The translations under genes were made by a program, and so were the position numbers. A DNA stretch of 40,900 nt, taken from UHGV virus genome UHGV-0205053. One strand, written 5' to 3'. Positions 24,612-31,796 of this stretch are shown here, one piece after another. The notes beneath the pieces are model-generated. The model searched no databases. It saw only the letters and a program-made list of their open reading frames with translations, and was not told the origin of the DNA. Position 1 is the first letter of the stretch; every line of letters begins with the position of its first letter. This stretch comes from a virus.

Positions 24612-24693
24612 TTAATAAAATCAATGGGCGCGATTTTTCGCGGGTTAAAACAAAGCCCGCGCATTGGCGGGCTGATTGTGACATGTCACGGCG

Positions 24694-25065
24694 TTACTTA
24701 ATGGCATCAAATCCAGCGTTGATGGCTTCCGCAATATTGGCCGCATTGGTTTTATCAAATTGCCCATTTTGAATAAGCGCAGCATGCAGGCATTGCAACT
24801 TCATGTTGTATAAGTGCTCACTTCGGTAATCGGCATCTGATTTTGATAGTCCATTTTCGAATGTTTCATGTAGTCCGCCGCCCATGTTGTACCACTGCCA
24901 ACACTTACCGAACTCACGATTCAGATCGCCATCATTCAGTCCATCAATCACTGACAGGTCAGATACCGCGTATTCATGTTCAGGCTGATATCCTTCGCCG
25001 ATAGCTTGTTTCAGGTATTCTATCATCTCGCCGCGTGGCGGATTAAGTTCTTCAATCTCTCTCAT
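24694..25065 (-). CDS. Opposite-strand moron gene of unknown function
   Basis: SD AAGGTGAG precedes the ATG at 25065. It has its own minus-strand terminator downstream at 24647-24668 and another hairpin plus T-run just upstream. The ORF track starts at 25164. Confidence 0.4.
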   Translation of the reverse strand: MREIEELNPPRGEMIEYLKQAIGEGYQPEHEYAVSDLSVIDGLNDGDLNREFGKCWQWYNMGGGLHETFENGLSKSDADYRSEHLYNMKLQCLHAALIQNGQFDKTNAANIAEAINAGFDAIK

Positions 25066-25075
25066 GATTCTCACC

Positions 25076-25102
25076 TTAAAAAAATGCCCGGACGAACCGG
25101 GC
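25076..25102 (-). terminator. Minus-strand hairpin GCCCGG-acgaa-CCGGGC followed by a T-run, abutting the moron gene's RBS
   Basis: On the minus strand the hairpin is followed by TTTTTTTT. Confidence 0.4.
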
Positions 25103-25947
25103 GAATAATCAACGGAGTGCCTTCCTTGGCGGGTGATGCAGGGTTTACAGCGCAACGTCATCAAAATGGCGTTCTGCTGTAAAAAGGGCGGTGGTCAGTC
25201 CATCATGGGCGTAACTGCCACCGCCAAAACTACACGCATTGCCTGGTACTGCCGTATCACGGTCCTAAGGCGTGATTGGGTTATGGTGGCCGGTGCTGAT
25301 CTCCGGCTTGAAATATGCTCAGTGTTAGCTGCCACTCTCTCAAGAGGATATGCGTCATGATTTTCACTGAGTTTGCTGGGTAACCCTGACTTCCGGCTAT
25401 TCACGCAGCTTGTCTTCCAACTCAGGCTTATGCCTTACCCATTCCCCCACGTTCACGGGGTGCGCATCAGCCTGCGCATTCACCACAACGGAAAGAGCAC
25501 TGCATTCTTTTCAATCTTGGCGTTGAATGGTGCTATTAGACCAATCAGCCAACATACAATGCTCAATCCTGTTATGGCCTCGTCTCTTCCTAGGTGCCAC
25601 ACCGTATCGCCATGATGGTGAGTCGTCATGTCGTGCATACCGATAACACTGACTTGCACATTCCGGTTACCCGCTTGGCCAGTAAACAGCAAGGGAGCCA
25701 TCGGACCGCTGCGGCACATGTGCCATATACCGTACTGCTCACACCTGGAAGCGCACTCACCAGTTTTGATTTAGCGACAAGACCTCTCAGAACCGATATC
25801 GAAGTGCGCTTGCATGTTGTGTGCGGAGATGATGCTCCGCTTATCCACCGCCTTTACTTTTAAGCCCAATATGCTGCTGCGGTACTCCGGGCTACTACAT
25901 AAGCGGTTACATAACCACCTCCGCAATCAGATTGATTTCTCAACTTG

Positions 25948-25962
25948 TTACCTGAAGGGTAA
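25948..25962. promoter_or_regulatory. TTACC-TGAAG-GGTAA operator upstream of the head-gene operon
   Basis: Perfect 5-5-5 inverted repeat about 90 nt upstream of the gp6.7-like gene. Confidence 0.4.
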
Positions 25963-26052
25963 TAATAACATCTGAATATGTCAATGCACTACGTAAAATA
26001 ATCCGTATATGGTTAAATTGGTAATAATTTAATCGTGTGTGAGGTTATCGCT

Positions 26053-26259
26053 ATGTGTATCGGCAGTTCGCCTAAAGTGCCAGCGGCACCAGAAGTCCAG
26101 GCCGCACCTCAGGAGCAGGACGCCGCTGTGGTCAGTGCCCGCGATGACGAAGAGCGCCGCCGCCGTGCCGCAGCAGGTCGTAGCTCGACCATGCTCACCG
26201 GTGCCCAGGGCGACACCTCCAAAGCCAACACCACCGGTAAAACGCTGCTCGGTCAGTAA
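26053..26259 (+). CDS. T7 gp6.7-like small virion protein
   Basis: N-terminus MCIGSSPKVP resembles T7 gp6.7 (MCFSPKIK...). Basic C-terminus. SD GTGAGGT. Confidence 0.45.
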   Translation: MCIGSSPKVPAAPEVQAAPQEQDAAVVSARDDEERRRRAAAGRSSTMLTGAQGDTSKANTTGKTLLGQ

Positions 26260-26273
26260 CGGAGACCTGAGAG

Positions 26274-27944
26274 ATGGCGGAAACCGAGAAAGAGCGACTG
26301 CTGAAGCAGCTCGCACAGCTGAAGAGTGAGCGCACATCGTTCGAGCCGCACTGGCGCGACCTGAGCGACTTTATCAATCCGCGCGGTTCCCGCTTCCTGA
26401 CGTCTGACGTTAACCGTGATGATCGCCGCAATACCAAAATTGTTGATCCCACCGGCTCGATGGCTCAGCGCATTCTGTCCAGCGGCATGATGTCAGGCAT
26501 CACCAGCCCGGCCCGCCCATGGTTCAAGCTGGCAACGCCAGACCCTGACATGATGGATTACGGCCCGGTCAAAGTCTGGCTGGAAGTCGTGCAGCGCCGC
26601 ATGAATGAAGTGTTCAACAAGTCGAATCTGTATCAGTCACTGCCTGTCATGTACGCCAGCCTGGGTACTTTCGGCACCGCCGCGATGGCCGTGCTTGAAG
26701 ACAGCCAGGACGTGATCCGCACAATGCCTTTCCCGATTGGAAGCTACTACCTGGCGAACAGCCCACGCGGCAGCGTAGACACCTCTTTCCGCCAGTTTTC
26801 CATGACCGTGCGCCAACTGGTACAGGAATTCGGCCTGGAAAACGTCAGCTCATCCGTTAAAGGCCAGTGGGAAAACGGCACGTATGAAGCGTGGATAGAG
26901 GTTAACCACTGCATTACGCCAAACATCAACCGCGACAGCGGGAAGATGGACAGCAAGAACAAGCCGTTCCGCTCTGTCTATTTCGAGACTGGTGGCGATG
27001 CTGACAAGTTGCTGCGTGAATCAGGGTTCGATGAATTCCCTATCCTGGCGCCGCGCTGGGAAGTGAACGGCGAAGACGTTTATGCATCCTCCTGTCCTGG
27101 CATGCTGGCACTCGGTCAGGTTAAAGCTCTGCAGGTTGAGCAGAAACGCAAAGCTCAGCTGATCGACAAAGCCACTAACCCGCCGATGGTTGCGCCGACG
27201 TCACTGAAGAATCAGCGTGTTTCTCTGCTGCCTGGCGATGTGACGTATCTGGATGTGCTGAGCGGGCAGGACGGGTTTAAACCTGCCTACCTGGTTAATC
27301 CGAATACCGCCGACTTGCTGGCTGACATTCAGGACACCCGCCAGACCATCAACAGCGCCTACTTCGTCGACCTCTTCATGATGCTGCAGAACATCAACAC
27401 CCGCTCTATGCCGGTGGAAGCAGTGATCGAGATGAAGGAAGAGAAACTGCTGATGCTCGGCCCGGTGCTTGAACGCCTGAATGACGAAGCACTCAACCCT
27501 CTTATCGATCGCGTGTTCTCCATCATGGCGCGCAAGAACATGCTGCCACCACCGCCGGACGTTATGCAGGGTATGCCGCTGCGCATCGAGTACATCTCCG
27601 TAATGGCGCAGGCGCAGAAATCTATCGGCCTCACCAGTCTGTCTCAGACCGTCGGCTTTATCGGCCAACTCGCACAGTTCAAACCTGAAGCGCTCGACAA
27701 GCTCGACGTTGATCAGGCTATCGACGCGTTCTCCGAAATGTCCGGCGTATCGCCAACCGTCATCGTTCCGCAGGAGCAGGTACAGGGCATTCGCGAAGAG
27801 CGCGCCAAGCAGGCTCAGCAGGCGCAGGCCATGCAGATGGGTATGGCAGCAGCGCAGGGTGCCAAGACGCTCAGCGAAACGCAGACCACCGATCCGAGTG
27901 CGCTTACTGCTCTCACTAACGCGGCAGGAGCGCAGCAGCAATGA
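26274..27944 (+). CDS. Portal (head-tail connector) protein, T7 gp8-like
   Basis: C-terminus QAQQAQAMQMGMAAAQGA is close to the T7 gp8 C-terminus (QKMAQQSMQMGMDNGAAALAQGMAAQA). 556 aa. Confidence 0.8.
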   Translation: MAETEKERLLKQLAQLKSERTSFEPHWRDLSDFINPRGSRFLTSDVNRDDRRNTKIVDPTGSMAQRILSSGMMSGITSPARPWFKLATPDPDMMDYGPVKVWLEVVQRRMNEVFNKSNLYQSLPVMYASLGTFGTAAMAVLEDSQDVIRTMPFPIGSYYLANSPRGSVDTSFRQFSMTVRQLVQEFGLENVSSSVKGQWENGTYEAWIEVNHCITPNINRDSGKMDSKNKPFRSVYFETGGDADKLLRESGFDEFPILAPRWEVNGEDVYASSCPGMLALGQVKALQVEQKRKAQLIDKATNPPMVAPTSLKNQRVSLLPGDVTYLDVLSGQDGFKPAYLVNPNTADLLADIQDTRQTINSAYFVDLFMMLQNINTRSMPVEAVIEMKEEKLLMLGPVLERLNDEALNPLIDRVFSIMARKNMLPPPPDVMQGMPLRIEYISVMAQAQKSIGLTSLSQTVGFIGQLAQFKPEALDKLDVDQAIDAFSEMSGVSPTVIVPQEQVQGIREERAKQAQQAQAMQMGMAAAQGAKTLSETQTTDPSALTALTNAAGAQQQ

Positions 27945-28237
27945 CGGATTTAGACGAAGACGAACTGCGAGCCCAGAACGAGCGGAAGAAGCACGATCTG
28001 GAGCAGCGCGAAAAGGACGATATCAAGTTCGTCATGGATAGCGAGCAGGGCCGCCGCGTCATCTGGGGGCTACTGACAAAGGGGCAGGTGTTCGTTAACT
28101 GCTTCAACGTAGACCCGCACATCACAGCATTCAACGAAGGGCAGCGCAACCTGGCGCTGGTGTTACTGCAGCGCGTTATGACGCACTGCCCGGATCAGTA
28201 TCTGAAGATGGCCGCAGAGGCCAGTGAACAGGAGTAA
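27941..28237 (+). CDS. Hypothetical protein
   Basis: ATGA overlap with the portal gene. Acidic. Confidence 0.4.
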   Translation: MTDLDEDELRAQNERKKHDLEQREKDDIKFVMDSEQGRRVIWGLLTKGQVFVNCFNVDPHITAFNEGQRNLALVLLQRVMTHCPDQYLKMAAEASEQE

Positions 28238-28239
28238 CC

Positions 28240-28944
28240 ATGAATTTATTTGAACGTTTGCTGCATCGCCGCCTTTGCAACGAGCAACCAGCTGATGGTG
28301 GCGCTGCACCTGCACCGTCTGAACCTGCAGCACCTGCAGCCGATGCTCCGGCACCTGCTTCTGAGCCGACGAAATCAGAAGGTGATAAGCCGCAGCCAGG
28401 TGCTGAAGGCGACAAGCCTCAGGAAGAAAAACCTGTCGATGGCGATAAGTCGGATAAGAAGCCGGATGACAAAGAGCAGAAACAGGAAGGCGCGCCAGAG
28501 AAATATGAGTTCAAGCCAGTTGAAGGCCAGGAACTCGACACCGCAGCGCTGGAACAATTCGAGCCTATCGCCCGGGAGTTGAACCTGACCAATGAGCAGG
28601 CTCAGAAGATGGTCGACCTGTACGGCACCAAGATCATGCCAATGGTGCAACAGCAGCAGGCGGAAGCTTGGCAGAAAACTACCGAGCAGTGGGCTGCTGA
28701 CGTGAAGGCAGACAAGGAGATCGGCGGCGACAAGCTGACCACGAACCTCAGTGCAGCGCAACGTGCACTTGACCTGTTCGGTACGCCTGAGCTCAAAGAA
28801 TATCTCGAAGTAACTGGCCTGGGTAATCACCCTGATCTGGTTAAGACGTTCGTGAAAATCGGTAAAGCCATGTCAGAAGACGGCATGGTCGATGGCAGTA
28901 ATCAAGGCCAGCGTAGTGCGGCCGAAGTGCTCTATGGCAAATAA
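28240..28944 (+). CDS. Scaffolding protein (acidic, Pro/Ala/Glu-rich N-terminus)
   Basis: Position between portal and capsid. Composition is typical of scaffolding proteins. SD AGGAG. Confidence 0.5.
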   Translation: MNLFERLLHRRLCNEQPADGGAAPAPSEPAAPAADAPAPASEPTKSEGDKPQPGAEGDKPQEEKPVDGDKSDKKPDDKEQKQEGAPEKYEFKPVEGQELDTAALEQFEPIARELNLTNEQAQKMVDLYGTKIMPMVQQQQAEAWQKTTEQWAADVKADKEIGGDKLTTNLSAAQRALDLFGTPELKEYLEVTGLGNHPDLVKTFVKIGKAMSEDGMVDGSNQGQRSAAEVLYGK

Positions 28945-28958
28945 GAGAGGATATAACC

Positions 28959-29945
28959 ATGGCTGTTAAAGGCTTAACTGCGCTGACGCTGGCAGACTGG
29001 GGTAAGCGCATCGACCAAAACGGGAAAATCGATAAGATTATCGAGCTTCTCGGTCAAACCAACCCGATCCTTCAGGATATGCTGATCGTTGAAGGCAACC
29101 TGCCAACTGGTCACCGTACAACTATTCGTTCTGGCTTGCCTCAGGCTACCTGGCGTTTGCTGAACTATGGTGTGCAGCCAAGCAAATCCACCACCGTCCA
29201 GGTAACCGACTCAGTCGGTATGCTGGAAACCTATGCCGAAGTCGATAAGTCTCTGGCTGATCTGAACGGAAATACCGCTGAATTCCGTCTGTCTGAAGAC
29301 CGTGCGTTCATCGAAGGCATGAATCAACAGATGGCGCAAACGCTTTTCTATGGTGACTCCAGCGTAAACCCGCAGCAGTTCATGGGCCTGTCTTCACGTT
29401 ACTCCAGCAAGTCAGCCGGTAACGGTCAGAACATTATTGACGCTGGCGGTACCGGCACCGACAACACCTCTATCTGGCTGGTGGTATGGGGTGAAAACAC
29501 CGTACATGGCATCTTCCCTAAAGGTCAGAAGGCTGGTCTGCAGATGGAAGATAAAGGCCAGGAAACGCTGTTTGATGCCAATGGCGGGCGCTATGAAGGC
29601 TACCGCACCCACTACAAGTGGGACAACGGACTTTCCCTGCGCGACTGGCGTTACGTTGTCCGCATTGCCAACATCGATGTGAGCGATCTGTCCGTACCAG
29701 GCTCAGCCGCAAACATCGTAAGTCTGATGGTAAAAGCGCTGCACCGCATTCCAAACCTCGGCATGGGTAAGCCGGTGTTCTACATGAACCGTACCGTTGC
29801 CCAGGCTCTCGATCTTCAGTCTCTGGACAAAGCCTCACTGGCCCTGACCGTAAAAGAGACCGAAGGCGAATGGTGGACCGCGTTCCGTGGCATCCCAATC
29901 CGTGAAACCGATGCGATTCTGGAAACAGAAGCGCGCGTTGTTTAA
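28959..29945 (+). CDS. Major capsid protein
   Basis: 328 aa, after the scaffold. SD GAGAGG. A stem-loop follows at 29962-29981. Confidence 0.7.
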   Translation: MAVKGLTALTLADWGKRIDQNGKIDKIIELLGQTNPILQDMLIVEGNLPTGHRTTIRSGLPQATWRLLNYGVQPSKSTTVQVTDSVGMLETYAEVDKSLADLNGNTAEFRLSEDRAFIEGMNQQMAQTLFYGDSSVNPQQFMGLSSRYSSKSAGNGQNIIDAGGTGTDNTSIWLVVWGENTVHGIFPKGQKAGLQMEDKGQETLFDANGGRYEGYRTHYKWDNGLSLRDWRYVVRIANIDVSDLSVPGSAANIVSLMVKALHRIPNLGMGKPVFYMNRTVAQALDLQSLDKASLALTVKETEGEWWTAFRGIPIRETDAILETEARVV

Positions 29946-29996
29946 CGCCTGTCATTAACTGATGGGCCTTAATCGGCCCATGAATGGAGAAAGAAA

Positions 29997-30437
29997 ATGA
30001 TCACCGACAAACTGTTGATGTTCTCCGAAGCGCAGGCGGTTACGGCTTCTGCTGCTTCCACTGACGTTATCGACCTCGGGCCGATTGATGGTACGCGACG
30101 TGATATCGGGGTAGGCGAGCCTCTGGAGTTCTGGGCAACTGTGAACACCACTGCAACCGCAGCGGGTGCCGCTACCCTGAACGTCCAGCTGCAGACCAGC
30201 CCTGATAACTCCACCTGGACCACGTTATACGACAGCGGCACGCTGGCACTGGCAGCGCTGGCTGCTGGCAAGCGCCTGTTCTCAACTAAGGTGCCTGCAG
30301 GTGTTCAACGTTATCTGCGTGTTAACTACGTGGTCGGTACCGGTCCGCTGACTGCCGGCGCTTTCACCTCAGGTATTAACCTGGATGTTGACAACAACAC
30401 TCCATACTACCCAATCCGTTCCAAAGTGACTGGCTAA
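29997..30437 (+). CDS. Hypothetical virion protein (possible capsid decoration)
   Basis: SD GGAGA. Position after the capsid gene. Confidence 0.35.
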   Translation: MITDKLLMFSEAQAVTASAASTDVIDLGPIDGTRRDIGVGEPLEFWATVNTTATAAGAATLNVQLQTSPDNSTWTTLYDSGTLALAALAAGKRLFSTKVPAGVQRYLRVNYVVGTGPLTAGAFTSGINLDVDNNTPYYPIRSKVTG

Positions 30438-30438
30438 G

Positions 30439-30816
30439 GTGACTGCGATGGAAAAAGCAAAATACCGTGTCCTGCGCTTATCTCATATTCATAACAACCT
30501 CTGGCCTGAAGGCTCAGAGATTGAATATGACGGTGAGCCAGGTTCGGCGCTGGAGCCGATCAACGCTGCGGCGAAGGCGGCAAAGAAGAAGGCAGACCAG
30601 AAGCGTGGAATCGTGCCGGTTGACTCTCATCCTGAACCACAGGATGAAGATGATGGCCAGGAAGATGCCGGTGGTAAAGATGCCAATACCTTCAGTGAAG
30701 ATGAAGCCGCGCTACGCCAGCAGTACGAAGAACTTTTCAACAAGAAACCTGGCAACATGAACGTTGAAACGATCAAAGAGCGTATTGCGGAAGAACGGCA
30801 AAAACTGGGCGTCTAA
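30439..30816 (+). CDS. Acidic hypothetical protein
   Basis: ORF followed by a terminator. Confidence 0.35.
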   Translation: MTAMEKAKYRVLRLSHIHNNLWPEGSEIEYDGEPGSALEPINAAAKAAKKKADQKRGIVPVDSHPEPQDEDDGQEDAGGKDANTFSEDEAALRQQYEELFNKKPGNMNVETIKERIAEERQKLGV

Positions 30817-30832
30817 GCCTCGCTAATAAAAC

Positions 30833-30855
30833 AAGGGGCTTCGGCCCCTTTATTG
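30833..30855 (+). terminator. Rho-independent terminator AAGGGGC-ttcg-GCCCCTT plus TTATT
   Basis: Perfect 7-bp stem followed by a T-run. Confidence 0.55.
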
Positions 30856-30867
30856 CAGGAGTCCGCT

Positions 30868-31191
30868 ATGGAACTGGTAAACCTCAAAACTGGAACTGAC
30901 ACCTATCAGGATGAGGATGGTAAAACCCAGACTCGCGATGATTACCCATGGGGCCTTTGCATTGAGCTGAACAACGAGACGCTCGCCAAGCTCAAGGCAA
31001 CGCCACAATCCGCTGGTACTGAAGTGATGATCACCGCGAAAGCCATAATTCGTTCCACCTCTACCCGAGAAACGGAAGATGGCATGCAGCATAACGCCAG
31101 CTTGCAGATTACTGACATGGCACTCAGTCCGGTATCTGGTGAGCAGCCCAAAACTGCCGCCCAAACTCTCTACGGCGGGGAGGATGATTAA
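30868..31191 (+). CDS. Hypothetical protein
   Basis: SD AGGAG precedes the ATG at 30868. The ORF track starts at 30853. Confidence 0.35.
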   Translation: MELVNLKTGTDTYQDEDGKTQTRDDYPWGLCIELNNETLAKLKATPQSAGTEVMITAKAIIRSTSTRETEDGMQHNASLQITDMALSPVSGEQPKTAAQTLYGGEDD

Positions 31192-31796
31192 TGGCCTCCG
31201 TTATCGAGATCTGCAACCGCGCGCTGAGCAATATCGGGAACAGCCGCAGCATTAACAGCCTGACCGAGGCCAGCAAAGAAGCCGGGCAGTGCTCCCTGCA
31301 TTTCGATTCCTGCCGCGATGCTGCGCTGGCGGACTTCGACTGGAACTTTGCCACCAAACGCCTGGCACTGGCCGATACCAACAATCCGCCGCCGGACTGG
31401 GCTTATTCCTACCAGTATCCGACTGACTGCCTGCGCATCACCGAAATTATGGTGCCCGGTATCCGTAATCCGACGGCTGCCATGCGCATCAACTATGAGG
31501 TTGGGGCTGATGCCGACGGCACCGGAAAGCTGATCTACACCGATCAGCCTCAGGCATGGCTGAAGTACATCTCGCGCGTCACCGACGTGAACATGTTCGA
31601 TGCAATCTTCATGGAAGCGCTGTCCTGGCGTCTGGCCGCCGCCATCAATATGCCTCTGACCGGCAGCGCAGATCTCGGTAACAACGCACTAACTATGTAC
31701 CGCAGCGTCATCCTGAGCGCTGGCTCGCACAGCCAGAACGAATCCCAGGAGCCGCAGCCGCCAGTTGATGAGTTCACCGCAGCGAGGTTGTCATAA
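31191..31796 (+). CDS. Tail tubular protein A (T7 gp11-like)
   Basis: N-terminal pattern (I..R.L...G...I.SL...A...) resembles T7 gp11. Position before gp12-like. SD GGAGG. Confidence 0.55.
   Translation: MASVIEICNRALSNIGNSRSINSLTEASKEAGQCSLHFDSCRDAALADFDWNFATKRLALADTNNPPPDWAYSYQYPTDCLRITEIMVPGIRNPTAAMRINYEVGADADGTGKLIYTDQPQAWLKYISRVTDVNMFDAIFMEALSWRLAAAINMPLTGSADLGNNALTMYRSVILSAGSHSQNESQEPQPPVDEFTAARLS

Noticed and set aside
25105-26030. A type III toxin-antitoxin (ToxI repeat array, terminator, ToxN-like gene) formed by the ORF-poor region, the 25076-25102 terminator and the moron.
   Set aside because: I could not find tandem direct repeats of about 30-40 nt in the region, and the moron protein shows no ToxN-like motifs that I recognise.
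29962-29981. Stem-loop ATGGGCC-ttaatc-GGCCCAT after the capsid gene as a terminator.
   Set aside because: No U-tract follows it. It may be an RNA processing or attenuation structure, so it is not called a terminator.
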